Below are positions 48,940-62,242 of a DNA stretch of 64,000 nt, piece by piece (positions within the stretch are counted from its first letter, which is position 1; each line of letters starts with the position of its first letter). Location of the stretch: contig NIVC01002545.1 of the NCBI GenBank assembly GCA_002269645.1, positions 1 to 64,000 on the forward strand. Direction: 5' to 3'. This DNA comes from Macrostomum lignano (taxonomy: Eukaryota). The notes under the pieces are model-generated. The model saw nothing but the letters and a program-made list of their open reading frames with translations, was not told the origin of the DNA and ran no database searches. A program made the position numbers and the translations under genes.

Positions 48940-49640
48940 TCTTCTTTTCTGTTTCCTATCTTCTCTCTCATCTCTTCTCTTTCTCCCCTCTTATCTCTTC
49001 TTTCTTCTCTCCTCTCTTGTCTCTTCCCTCTCCCCTCTATTCTTTTCTCTCTCTCTTCTCCTCTCTTCGCTCTGGTCTCTGGTCTCTCATATTTCCTTTC
49101 TCATGTTTTATCTTTTCTCATTTATCTCTGCTCTCTACTCTCTCTTTCCTCTGCTCTCTGCTCTCTCTTCCCTCACCTCTCTTCTCACTCCTTACTCTAC
49201 CCTCTCTTAACACTTTCCTTATCTCTACTCTCTCCTTTTTCCTCTCTTCTCTCAACTCTTTCCTCTCCTCTGTCCACTCTCTCCTTTCATCTATCTGCTC
49301 TCTCCTATCCTATCTCTCATCTCTATCTTCTCTCTTCTCACTCATCTCCCCCTTTTTATCTCCTCTCCTCTATCCTTTCTAATCCCCCCTCTCGATACTC
49401 TCATCTCCTCTTTGTTCTCTCATCTCACTCTTCTTTACTCTCCTCTCTCATCAATCCTCTGTCTCATCTCTCCCCTCTTCTCTCTCCATCTTCTCACCTC
49501 TATTATATCCTCTCCCTTCTCTCTCCCCTCCTCTCGCTTCTTCGTCCCATATTCTCTGCTCTCTCCTCAACCTCCTTGTACGTCTCTCCTGTTATCTTCT
49601 ATCTTTTCTTTTATCCTCTCTCGCCCCTCCTCCCTTTCTA
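48940..49640. repeat. CT-rich low-complexity tract
   Basis: About 700 nt of almost pure pyrimidine on the plus strand. Confidence 0.9.
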
Positions 49641-49764
49641 ATAGTCTATTCTTTTTCCTTTTCACTCTCATCTGGCCCGTAGCCATGAGCTAGATTCTTT
49701 ATCTGGCCTTTGAGATAAAAATCTGCCGATCCCTGCTTCGAAAGCCAGTTTGTGGGACATAGTA

Positions 49765-51066
49765 TGAGGGGGGTTCAAAAAGTTTTTGTCGTTTGGCTAT
49801 ATCACATAATATTTTAATGAAACTTTTTTCGTTTAGAATAGTACTTTTATATAGAGTGTATATGGCAAATGTTCAACCTTCTATCAGTTTTTGAAGTCAC
49901 TTTTTCAGCAAGAACTCAAGGCATCCCCTGCATTTTCAGCAAAATGGAGAAACAGGAGTATTGAGCTCTCATTAATTTTTTTTACCTTAAAAGGATTAAA
50001 GCAACTAGCGATCGAAGCAGAGATCAAGTCTGTGTACCCCGCAACTTGCCCATCTCTATGCACAATTGAGAGACACCATACTGAATTTAAGCGAGGCAGG
50101 GTGACCCTCGAAGATGACCCCTGGAGTGGGTGCCCTGCTACCAGCGCCAACCAGGAGAAAGTTGATGCAGTTGCCAAGCTCCTGGATGAAGATTGGCGAA
50201 TTTGAGTTGCCAGCATTGCACACACTGTTGGCATCTCAATTGGCTCAGTTGAGGAAATCCTGCACCAAATCCTTGGATACAACAAGGTCAGTGCCCGTTG
50301 GATGCCCCAAATGCTTTCGTGGGACCACAAGCTGAATTGGGTGAACTCTAGCTGCTTCATGCTTGACCTGTACAACGCGGACCCAAATGGATTCGAGCAA
50401 CAAATCATAACAGGGGATGAGTGCTGGCTACACCACTACGACCCTGAGTCCAAGCATGACTCCATGGAGTGGCGGCGCCCAGGAGAAGATGCACCTCGCA
50501 AGTTCAAGCAAGTGAAGTTGGCTGACAAGGTCTTGGGCTGCTTCTTCTGGGATTGTCAGGGGATGCTGCTTGCTGAGTACCTGCCAGTTGGGCACACTGT
50601 GACAGGTGTGCGGTACGCTGAACAGCTAGGCCAACTTCATCAAGCAGTTGTCAGGAAGAGGCGAGGCAAGTTGAGTGCTCGCCCCCTGCTGCTTCATGAC
50701 AACGCCCTTGCTCACACAGCCCAAGTTGCAGTGAATGCTGCCACCACTGCAGGATTCGAAATTCTGCCCCATCTTGCCTATTCACCAGACCTGGCCCCAT
50801 TAGATTTCTACTTGTTTTGCCAGCTGAAGAAGCCACTCCGAGGGTGCCATTTTAAGTCCAATGAGGAAGTCATTGCCCTCGTGAACCAGTGGCTGGAGGA
50901 CCAGACGGCAACCTTCTACACCAGCGGCATCCAAGAGCTGTGTGACCATTGGCAGAAGTGTATTGATTGCCAAGGAGATTATGTTGAAAAATAATGTAGC
51001 CTTGTCCTAAAATTTTTTGTTTGAATGTACTATGTACAAACGACAGAACTTTTTGAACCCCCCTTG
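49765..51066 (+). mobile_element. Full-length (1302 bp) inactivated mariner DNA transposon, D34D
   Basis: TIRs tgaggggggttcaaaaagtttttgtcgtttg (49765) and reverse-complement caaggggggttcaaaaagttctgtcgtttg (51066); TA duplication at 49763-64 and 51067-68. Transposase runs ATG 49944 to TAA 50994 with TGA at 49962 and 50203 and a +1 A near 49990. Motifs ITGDECW, HDNA, YSPDLAPLD with 34-residue spacing. Confidence 0.95.
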
Positions 51067-51559
51067 TACTATCATGGTTGTTATCATTTCTCATGCTTTA
51101 ATCACGTCATCTTTCTGGTCAATTAGCAGCCCTGAGAGAAATTTGTATATCCCCAGCTCTACCACCACAGTCTGCATCAGTCTAACAACCATGGAAATAT
51201 GCATTTCTTAGGAGGCCATTTAAATTTTGAAGTACCTTATGTGAATCTTAATGTTAAAATTTTCATGGTGTAATTAATTTAGCAGGATTGCATTGTAATC
51301 AGTTATTCATTAATTTTTTGATATTTTTTACAAACCATCCCATATTGCCTTGATTTGCCATCCTTGTTTAACTGCTGCAGACTTGTCTATTCAGAGGACA
51401 GTGGTTTGAAATTGAATCTCTCACTAAACTCTCTCCTCTCCATGCCTCTCCACTTGCGGGGGTACAGAGAAGGCTATAAAAAAGTTATTCCAAAACACTG
51501 TACATTCGCTATGTACATTGAGCTCTATTGCCTGACCCTTCGTCTAGACTGGGGGAATG

Positions 51560-52195
51560 AGTGAGTTAAGCGCCACAAACAACAGAAAAAGCAAACAAAC
51601 TTCACAAGCTTACAGTTTCTGTTCTGATTGAGTTACAGAGTTGAGACTTAACATTTAGACAAAGAATGAGTCAATGAAGAATTGTGTCAAGTTTGAAGTC
51701 AATCGCTTCACGTGGAGCAAACTTATGGCAGCCATAAATGTAGTCAATTTTTGAACCCATTTTCCACATCTCACAAGATACGGGAAAGAGGCAGGCGGAT
51801 GGAGGTTGGGGTGGCTATCTTGCTAAAAAAAACAGCCTAATTTTAAAAGTACACAGCGCCATACAGGATTAACTTGCAAATTCAAAATTTTACACAATTG
51901 TGTCAAAATAGTTTAAAATTGTCTGTGTCAAATTTGAACAGAATTGGTAGAAGTGGAGTGGCGCTATGGAGGATTAAGTGAAAAAATCGCAGATTTTGAG
52001 CAATTTTTTTGTACTTTGAGGCAGGAAGACTTGAGTCTAGGAAATTTGAAGGTAGCCTAAGACATTCTCTGTAGTAAGTTTAGGGTGGGTGTAAAGTTTG
52101 GTGTAATTTGGTAGAGCAGTTTGGGAGTCCATAGCGATCAAAATTGTATACACACATAGACAGACAGACAGTTTTGATTTTTATATATAGAGATA
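51560..52195 (+). mobile_element. Possible non-autonomous Helentron-associated (DINE-1/HINE-like) element
   Basis: Contains gtcaagtttgaagtcaatcg and aaagtttggtgtaatttgg blocks and ends with (GACA)n then tttatatatagagat, the typical layout of such elements; no coding sequence. Confidence 0.3.
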
Positions 52196-54879
52196 TTTAA
52201 AGCACTAAACTATACTAGCTAAGTAAAAGCTGAGCTGACTAAAAAGGTTCTCAGTCAATTTGGCTAATTGCAGATAAAGTGGATGGGGATGAAAACGGGA
52301 GCAGACGAATCAATTGTCATACTCTCATTTATGTACATGTATATATACAATGTAATCACATTGTATATTGCCCTTAATATTGTTAGATTGGCTACGAGCG
52401 AGTCACCAATGTAATACTCTATTGCCAAACTAGTGTCTTGTCCTAGCAAACTATTGCACAGTTGGCGACTCCAGTCTCCAGCTGCCTAGCCATGTCATTC
52501 AAGCTAATTCATACCGTCTGCAGCTGGTGCAGATGCTACTGACGTTGCAGGCACTGTAATATTGGAGACAAAAGGCATACACTCATGTTTTGTTGACTGC
52601 TTGCTGGCTGATGCAGCCAACGCCCTAGACACTACTGATAGTGTAACCTACATTTGTGTCAAGGCCCTAAAACCCACCCAATAACATTGTCTCAACCATG
52701 CCTGACTGGCTTGACTATATAATATTATACATCATATATTTCATATATTATGATAATATTTTGATTTTTATAGGTATAGATATATAACAGTATATAGTAC
52801 AAAAATAATAAAAAACGTTATGGTAACAAAAATCTTTAAAATAGGCCCTAATACCTAAAACACTAAAATTGGTTATGAAATAAAAAATTACAGACATTTT
52901 ATTGCAAAAAACATGCTTTTTGCCCAAAAATGGCACAGTTTTTAGTGTATTTGAGATAGGCCTAAGAAAAAACACTTTTTTTAAATGAAAAATGTCATGA
53001 CATTTTTATTATGTGATCAGTTTTTAAAAGTTTAGTGTCATTTTACTCATAACATCTAGGGCTTCAACATGGCATGGTTAAAAAATTGAATTTAGATCAT
53101 TTTTCTCACTGGACCCCCTAATTAATAGGAGTTGGCCTATCAAACTTCTAACACAAATTAGGCCTGCTAATTATAGGCTTATAATTAAACCTAATTTTAT
53201 ATGTAATATTCTGCCATTTTTACTACTAGTAAGGTAACAAGAAAATGCTGGCATTGCCATTTGCATAATGTAGGCCTATTCCTATATTTTAGGCTATGTT
53301 AATGTAGAACTGTAGAAGATAAACAGCCAGTGCAGTGTGCTATGCATATATTGGTCTTGGATAAGACATTAATTAGGCCTATTGCTATCAATATCAATTC
53401 ATATAGGCCTATCTACCAATAAAAATCAAAACTCTGTACTATAGGGCAAAATTCCACTTGGCATCAAGTCCTGATTGTTAGCTGTCAAAATCCAAAGTTG
53501 ATTCTGAAGCTGGTAGGCCCTACTCTCTCCCTCTATCTGTACCTTTCGCTGTCTAGTAGTAGTAGTAGTAAGTTTGGCTATGGCAAAAAAGCCCATTTAG
53601 CCAGTATAATTCAATGTATTTAGGGCCTAATAATAGTTCAAGAGGACTAGAGGAGGCTAGGGAGGCCAGGAGGGCACATTTAGTATAGTGAGTTAATTAA
53701 TTAGATAAAATATGTGCCTAGGCCCTAGTATTTGAAATTGTGGCTAAAATTTTTCTACGAATCTTAAAACCAACTTTAGTGAGCTATATAACGAAACGAA
53801 AAGTATTTAAATAAGGAATTATAAAACATCTAAACTGTATGAACTTGATCGAGAGCAATTTTTCTAATAGGCCCTAGGTAATTTAAAAGTGAGTCAGTGA
53901 GTCAGGTTGATGGTTGTTTCGTCTGCTGCTGCTGCTGCCAGTTCGTTCGTCTACAAAAATATGATGCTGTCATTTTGTCTGCCACAGAATATTAAGACTA
54001 AGTAAGACGCCAAGTACATGTAATATTTAAAACAAATATCTGTATATCTCAAAAAGTACTTATAGTGAAGGTAACAAACTCATTAGGGGCCTACGTTAGA
54101 AGCACGAGTGTATCTAAAAATATTGATTTTTCCCAAACAATGCTGGTCGACCCAAACGTCGACCTGTAGTACGGCTTGTTAAGTATTTGTATCATTTTAT
54201 GGTAGGCCTATACGAATCAAAACTGAAAAGGGAATAACATGTAAGCTTTTAGGAGTCTGGCGAAACGGATTTGATTGGTATTGTATTGGTATACATAATT
54301 AAGAATAAGATGGGTAGCAACAGCATGGTACACAGGGTGTTGTCTAAGTTTTCATATTGGTTGTGGAGAAGAGTAGGCCTATTTATTTATGAGTAAATTT
54401 TCTTGATAGCTAGCAGGTCTTTTGTTGCCATTTTGTTAACAATCTTGAGATCAATGCAAGTTGCTATGGGTCTAGGTCCCTAGATTTCATTCACAACCAT
54501 AGCATAATACCATGTTAGGGCCTATATATAACTAGTGTGACTAGGGAATTGAATAATCTACTAATGAGTGCTCATGCATGGTGTCTAGCCATTGGCATTG
54601 CTTTGCATAAAGACAAAAAACATGCATTTTCATAGACCTATAGGCTATATTCTTGATTAGGCCTAGGTTCATAGGCCTAGGCCTATCCTATCTTTTTTGA
54701 TGTCTTAGTTAGCTAATACATAGGCCTACTAGAGTGTAGGTTAATATTACTTTCATTATTAATTTGATTTCATGGTCAATAAAACCAATAAACAAAGATT
54801 CCTTTCATTGTTAAATTTATTAATAATATTATATAAGTTAAAGCAAAGCATTGGTCAATTGTGTATAGTGTATTGGGCC

Positions 54880-56520
54880 TGACTGTGGTTCTATTTGAAG
54901 TCAAACTAGTATTTAGAGATGAGGTTGTTCAAATAGGCAAGGTCATGGCAGGTTTTAATGAGTAAGCAGAGGGATTTAGGCCCTATCTAGAATGGGTTAA
55001 ACATAGAAGCCTCTATAGTTGTTTGAGTCAGAGGTATAGCCTTTGTTTTTGTAAATAAGATATAGGATGTTAGTTAGTAATCTAGTTGGTAAAGATTTCT
55101 TTATTGACGATCTTACTAAATAGTTGGCATAGTGCTTCTAATAAGTCTTCTCCAAGATAGAGCAATGTTTTAGCATATTTTGTCTTTGCTAGGTGCCTTG
55201 TTGGCTTTAAGTTTTTTAATATGTTTCTCAACTTCATCTAGAATAAAAAGAGAGTTAAAGACATCTAGATTTAGGAGCATATTGCTATCAAGATGGAAGT
55301 TGTAGGTATTTTAAATATCTTTGTTCTATTAAGTTGATAGGTTCTAAAAGTATGATTTGAAGTTTCTATCAATGTGTATGCTATTAGAGTATAGAGTTTT
55401 CTTGACTAATAGGCTTTATTAGATTCCATAGTTACTTTGCTTCATTTTTAATAAAAGCTTGGTTTATTAGGTTTTTCTTGCTTAGTACAGCTTTGTGTTT
55501 CCATTGTATAATGCTTTTTCATAAGATTTCCTTAGGTCCCTCTTTGTTTAGGTAGCTATCAATTGTATAAAGTTTGAACATTTTTGTAAAGTTCTTTGAT
55601 TTGTAACGTCTAGCAATATCTAGCAATTTTAGTAAGTCTCTATTGGAATAAGTGTAACAAACCTGCAGGCAGATGTGCAACATGGGGTCTAAAAGTATGG
55701 TTAAAAATGTGACAACATAGGACATGTTAATTTTTGCTCTAAATACATACATGTGTAGTACTAATTAGATAATAAAGCATTTAGCCTTCACAAGACAGTC
55801 ATAGTTACTTCTGCTGTTTACCCAAAACCTGCATCATGCCATGACCATTTGCCTTGACTCCAAACTACAATGCAGCACTGGAAAATTCTAAAATTGTGAT
55901 TGACAATCAAACACCTTTTGTCCATTTATTCCAATAGGGTAGTAGGTTTTTCTTTTTTATGCCCAGGGTTGATGTTTCGGTTTTTATTCACATTTAAGCT
56001 GATTTTTTAAAGTATAGATTTAAAAGAAAGGAGAGTTTTTACTGTACTATAACCATCTCATACCTTTTTGTGGGTTTAACATTGAATCAAGATTTGATTT
56101 GTCATTTATTGGGAAAAGTCAATAGTTTCTTGTATATGGAGTTCCACTCTTATATGCTATCTTTAAGTTTGATTTGCTTGCTGTATGTCACACTGAGCTC
56201 TTCAATAATTTTGGCTTTAAACTCTTTGTCTTTTGGTTAGGTTGCATTCCAGTTTAACTTTGGCAAACTTATCTTTTTCCCTGAGGTTGTGCAGGTTGTT
56301 GAAGATCTTGACTTTTGCAGACTCCTTGGCTAGGGAGATGACCTGTAAGTTGATGACCTGTAGTTGTGGCCATCCAACTTGGTAAGTTTTACTAATAGGA
56401 ACTTGATCAGCTGACACTTGCAGCCCTTCTTTGAGGAGGTCTACCACAGCTACTACATTGTTGTCTTTTTTAGGTATGTTAAAGCAAATCAGGTTGTTTC
56501 TTTTTTCAATTCTCTCTTTA
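54880..56520 (-). mobile_element. Degenerate non-LTR retrotransposon (ORF1 and start of ORF2/RT)
   Basis: ORF1-like ERIEKRNNLICFNIPKKDN (56517-56461) and KIFNNLHNLREKDKFAKVKLECNLTKRQR (56217-56310). RT N-terminal LDEVEKHIKKLKANKAPSKDKI, LLEALCQLFSKIVN and IYKNKGYTSDSNNYRG (55250-55000). Many stops and frameshifts; clade not determined. Confidence 0.7.
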
Positions 56521-57869
56521 ATCTCCTGAAATACTACAGCACTTCAGCATTCAGCAACTGGCATTGAGTTTGTTATGCTCAGAGATGGTGGTTTTGAATA
56601 GTACCACAATTACTTAGTGAGCATCTAAGGTCCAAGACTAGGCAGTAATGTTGTAAAGATCTAAGGCTTAGTTGGTTGTCTTTTTTTCTGTCGTTGACCT
56701 TGGTCTTTGTTTGTCTTTTTATTATAAAAACAACTTGCATGCAAAGAAGAAAGGCCTAAATAGCAGATCAGTTAAACAAATAAGTTATATTTTAGTTAGT
56801 TAAAAATGTGCAGGTGATTTATTATTTATTTATAATTTATAAATGCATTCACATTCAAATAAATTTGCAATTTAAGCTTGTAATTGTAACTCTTTTGTAA
56901 GGCACTAAAGAGCATGCTAGGTTTATAAAAATGCTAGGTACTAGCCCAAATGGCCCAAGAGTTTTACTTATCTTAGCTAGTCAGTCTTAACTTAATCCTA
57001 TTTAATAAAATGTGTAACAGAATAATAAAATAATTTCAAAAAACCAAAAGTCAAGTTTTTGCCTTTTTAAATGATTTTTTGGCTTATTTAGAACATATCA
57101 AGTGTATTGTATAAACTAGACTATATCATAGTCTATAGTAGGTACGCCTATAAAATTAATATAGGGCATAGAATTCTAATTTTCTAGGGTCTAAACTGCA
57201 TTAACAAAAAGCTTTATGTATACCAATACAATAGACAGCTATAAAAAAGTCAAGACATATTGAAAGACAAACACCAGGTCTCCCTTTTAGCTTTTATCAA
57301 TATCAATATAAATATTGGCATTGCCAATCATTTTTGTGTTGAAAAAAATTAAAACCTTTTTCTATCTATGTAAAACCTGCTTCTTTAGTTTTTGAAGAAA
57401 ATTACCAGAGAGAAGTAGGCCTAGCTAAGCTTGCTATATACCTGTACTATACTTTTACTTAAATAGAGCTAGGGGCCATAGGGCCTAGGCCCCAGCCTAG
57501 TCCTTAAGCCTAGTATTTAAGTTAAGGTTAAGTTTTTGGATCCTGCTGAAAAGTTTTGACTAGGCCTACTTTTATTTTATCCTAGTTTATTAATAGGCCT
57601 ACCTGCCTAGGCCTAATTATAAGATGTCAATAAATATTAAAAAACTGAAAAGTTAGGCCTATATTAGAGTTGTTAGACCTAGCTAGGTCTAGACTCTGGG
57701 CATAGAAAATGCTCAAGTAAATTGTATATTTGTTATCACAAGTTGGTACTTTTACTAAGGATATTCTATATATAGTTTGTATTTACTAATCAAAATATGC
57801 TTCTTTTTGCAGACCCAAAAACAAAACTATTGATATTAATATCAAGGGTGACTGTGTGCTCTAGCCATC

Positions 57870-59725
57870 ATGCGAGAATACAAATTAGTAGTCCTTGGCT
57901 CTGGTGGTGTTGGCAAATCTGCTCTCACTGTCCAGTTTGTGCAGGGAATTTTTGTTGAAAAATATGACCCAACAATTGAGGATAGCTATAGGAAACAGGT
58001 GGAGATTGACTCCAGCCAGTGCATGCTAGAGATTCTTGACACTGCCGGTACAGAGCAATTCACTGCAATGCGAGACTTGTATATGAAGAATGGCCAAGGC
58101 TTTCTATTGGTCTATTCGATCACTTCACAGTCCAGTTTTAATGATCTTGCTGAGTTAAGAGAGCAGATTCTGCGAGTAAAGGATAGCGATAATGTGAGTT
58201 TACACTTGGCCTCTGTGTTCTCAGTTATTTGTCTTCGTGTTTCACCCTACTAGGTTCTTTAAGAAGCTTGTCTGTCACTCTCTCAGATTCTCTGGCTTTG
58301 TCTGTCACTCTCTCAGATTCTCTGATTTTGTCTGTCACTCTCTCAGTTTCTCTGATTTCGTCTGTCACTCTCTCAGATTCTCTGATTTTGTCTGTCACTC
58401 TCTCAGTTTCTCTGATTTTGTCTGTCACTCTCTCAGATTCTCTGATTTTGTCTGTCACTCTCTCAGATTCTCTGATTTCGTCTGTCACTCTCTCAGATTC
58501 TCTGGCCTTGTCTGTCACTCTCTCAGATTCTCTGATTTTGTCTGTCACTCTCTCAGATTCTCTGGCCTTGTCTGTCACTCTCTCAGATTCTCTGGCCTTG
58601 TCTGTCACTCTCTCAGATTCTTTGGCCTTGTCTGTCACTCTCTCAGATTCTTTGGCCTTGTCTGTCACTCTCTCAGATTCTCTGATTTTGTCTGTCACTC
58701 TCTCAGATTCTCTGATTTTGTCTGTCACTCTCTCAGATTCTCTGGCCTTGTCTGTCACTCTCTCAGATTCTCTGGCCTTGTCTGTCACTCTCTTAGATTC
58801 TTTGGCCTTGTCTGTCACCCTCTTAATTTTATTTTCACTGACCATACTGTTCCTTCAAACCTACAGGTGCCAATCATAGTGGTTGGCAACAAGTGCGACT
58901 TAGAGGACGAGCGAACTGTCGGCAAGGAGCGGGGCCACAGCTTGGCCAGGCAGTGGAACTGCGCCTTCCTTGAGACTTCAGCCAAGGCCAAGCTCAATGT
59001 GCAGGAGGTGGGCCAATACCGATACTAGGGTAGACACTTTCAGATCCCCAGTTGCTAGGCCAGCCTCCCAGATCCTCAGTTGCAGGGCCAGACTCGCAGA
59101 TCCTCAGTTGCTGGGCCAGCCTCCCAGATCCTCAGTTGCTGGGCCAGCCTCCCAGAGTGTCAGTTGCTGGGCCAGCCTCCCAGATCCTCAGTTGCTGGGC
59201 CAGCCTCCCAGATCCTCAGTTGCTGGGCCAGCCTCCCAGAGTGTCAGTTGCTGTGCCAGCCTCCCAGATCCTCAGTTGCTGGGCCAGCCTCCCAGATCCT
59301 CAGTTGCTGGGCCAGCCTCCCAGAGTGTCAGTTGCTGTGCCAGCCTCCCAGAGTGTCTGCTGCTGGGCCAGCCTCCCAGATCCTCAGTTGCTGGGCCAGC
59401 CTCCCAGATCCTCAGTTGCTGGGCCAGCCTCCCAGAGTGTCAGTTGCTGGGCCAGCCTCCCAGAGTGTCAGTTGCTGGGCCAGCCTCCCAGAGTGTCAGT
59501 TGCTGGGCCAGCCTCCCAGATCCTCAGTTGCTGGGCCAGCCTCCCAGAGTGTCAGTTGCTGGGCCAGCCTCCCAGATCCTCAGTTGCTGGGCCACCGCTA
59601 CCCTCCCGCAGGTATTTTTCGACCTGGTCCACCAGATCAATTCGAACTCATCAGCTGACTCCGGCAAGAAACGAAAGGCCGGTGGCGGCAGCGGCGGAGG
59701 CTCGTCGAAGTGTTCGGCCTTGTGA
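57870..59725 (+). CDS. RAP1: Ras-related GTPase Rap1, 3 coding exons, 192 aa
   Basis: Exons 57870-58193, 58867-59007, 59612-59725, all phase 0. [51 protein letters not shown] (Rap-specific T61), NKCD, ETSAK, polybasic KKRK and C-terminal CAAX box CSAL. 5'UTR acceptor at 57812. Confidence 0.97.
58262..58825. repeat. 30-nt minisatellite (ttgtctgtcactctctcagattctctg(att/gcc)), Rap1 intron 1
   Basis: About 19 units. Confidence 0.95.
59038..59595 (+). repeat. 29-nt minisatellite (cagatcctcagttgctgggccagcctccc), Rap1 intron 2
   Basis: About 19 units, ending about 16 nt before the acceptor at 59611. Confidence 0.96.
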
Positions 59726-60407
59726 CGGATTTTTTCATTTTTACACAAATATTTTATACTTTTACTTGGAGCCTGAGAAATCTCTTGTGAACAGTAAGTA
59801 GTATGCGACGCGTTTGTTTAGAAAAGTTTACTAATCACGTTTTTTGCTGCAGTGGGTTTTTATAAGAAACAGTTTTTTTGTTGGTCATGATTCATATCTG
59901 CATAAATAATGATAGCGTCTTTCAAGGCATTAAGGTGAAAGGCATCTCCCATTGTTGAGGCAACTGATATATAATTAATATTTTGCTCACTAAAGTCAGC
60001 ATTCTGATTTACATACTGATTTATTGATTCCAGTTTGTTTATAATTCTATAATCAGGCTTTGTGTTTGCAAGACTGCTAATGTTAATGCAATACTACTTC
60101 ACAAGAACTAGGGTTTTTATTTAGTTTTTGCGGCATTATTGACTGATAGTTTTTGTTATATAGACTAGAAAATTATTCACAATAAATAATTATGTAATAT
60201 GAATCCGGTGTTTTGTTTGTCAGCTTTTTTCGTACTTGTATTGTTTTAATCTCAGAAATATTGCAATAAGTCAAATATAAAGTTATTACAATAGTGCACG
60301 TTGTGTGTGTTTACCATTATAATTAAACTTTTTTGTTGTTAAAAGCCTTTTTATTTTTTGAAAACAGCTTTTCTGTTTGTTTGGGGTCATTGGACATTTA
60401 GTTTATG

Positions 60408-61290
60408 GCCACTGGATAATCTAGTTCAAAGCCATTCGATAATCTAGTTCAAAGCCACTGGATAATCTAGTTCAAAGCCACTGGATAATCTAGTTCAAAG
60501 CCACTGGATAATCTAGTTCAAAGCCATTCGATAATCTAGTTCAAAGCCACTGGATAATCTAGTTCAAAGCCATTGGATAATCTAGTTCAAAGCCACTGGA
60601 TAATCTAGTTCAAAGCCACTGGATAATCTAGTTCAAAGCCACTGGATAATCTAGTTCAAAGCCACTGGATAATCTAGTTCAAAGCCATTCGATAATCTAG
60701 TTCAAAGCCACTGGATAATCTAGTTCAAAGCCACTGGATAATCTAGTTCAAAGCCACTGGATAATCTAGTTCAAAGCCATTCGATAATCTAGTTCAAAGC
60801 CACTGGATAATCTAGTTCAAAGCCATTGGATAATCTAGTTCAAAGCCACTGGATAATCTAGTTCAAAGCCATTCGATAATCTAGTTCAAAGCCACTGGAT
60901 AATCTAGTTCAAAGCCACTGGATAATCTAGTTCAAAGCCATTCGATAATCTAGTTCAAAGCCACTGGATAATCTAGTTCAAAGCCACTGGATAATCTAGT
61001 TCAAAGCCACTGGATAATCTAGTTCAAAGCCACTGGATAATCTAGTTCAAAGCCACTGGATAATCTAGTTCAAAGCCACTGGATAATCTAGTTCAAAGCC
61101 ATTCGATAATCTAGTTCAAAGCCACTGGATAATCTAGTTCAAAGCCACTGGATAATCTAGTTCAAAGCCATTCGATAATCTAGTTCAAAGCCACTGGATA
61201 ATCTAGTTCAAAGCCATTCGATAATCTAGTTCAAAGCCACTGGATAATCTAGTTCAAAGCCACTGGATAATCTAGTTCAAAGCCACTGGA
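60408..61290. repeat. 23-nt minisatellite (gccactggataatctagttcaaa) with gccattcg variant
   Basis: About 38 units. Confidence 0.96.
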
Positions 61291-61716
61291 ATTCGCAGCA
61301 GCAGAGGCGACCAGCCTTGATGTACTTACATGTAAATGTGTACAGCATACGGGGCATGTCACGCTAAGAACGCGTGCCCGAACATGATTCATACTAATTA
61401 TTTAATCACTCAGAAGAAAGCAGGAGTATTAGAGGGACAGACAGAGAGAGAGGGACAGCAGTGGACGTACTGCTGCTGCTACTAATTAAGTAAAGTGACC
61501 GCCCAGGTTTGTCTCACGTTTGGGACCGCGGTACGCTATGCTGAGCTAGGGACGGGTGGACAGCGGATTAGCTAGTAGAGCAGGGTTTGGAGATCGAGCC
61601 GTGCACCGATTGGATAAGAGATGGGACTGTTTTTGGATATTTCTGAGCTGCAAAAGGGGGATATTTAGGGAAGAGGCGCAAGACGCTATGACACACGGCA
61701 GTCGCTGTTAGCCAGG

Positions 61717-62160
61717 ATGAGCGGTGTCTCCAGTGCCAGACTGGACCAGCAGCTGCCCGCAACAGCGCAAAACAGCGTCAATCGAGCATCAGCTCCACGC
61801 GTAGTTACCTTAGTCATTGATGAGGACAGCCAGGCGGTGAGAGCGAACCGGGCGGAAGAGGAAGCTGCAGACAGCAGTTTTAGAAGACGCGATACTCCGG
61901 CACCTTCGAAAGACGATCGGATTTTGATTGAAGAGGATCAAGAGGAAGTTGATGAAGCTGAGCAGGATTCAGAAAATCCAGGCGACACCAGTAGCGGGGA
62001 TAGCGAAGCTCTTGACGATGAAGATTCGGATGCTGGAGACGATGAAGCTACGGTTGAGGAGCAGGCGGCGGTGGCAGCGGCAGAGCCTGCAGCTCAGCAG
62101 CCGCCTCCGCAATCCACAGTGTCGGTGGGCACCATCGGCAGGCTGGTTCGGACTATACAG
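61717..62160 (+). CDS. Probable first coding exon of an uncharacterised gene (acidic, disordered N-terminus) continuing beyond the window
   Basis: ATG-initiated ORF with a D/E-rich tract, ending at donor atacag|gtgaga (62160/62161) and followed by a repeat-filled intron-like segment. Confidence 0.55.
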
Positions 62161-62242
62161 GTGAGAGATGCAGCTGGGGCGGGTCTGGCTCTGGAGTTTG
62201 TAGGGCGAATTTATGGAAAACGAATCAATATAGGATATGAGT

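Noticed and set aside
60408-61290. CRISPR-like regular repeats (also 9620-10873 and 62243-64000)
   Set aside because: Units are head-to-tail with no unique spacers, there are no cas genes, and the context is eukaryotic.
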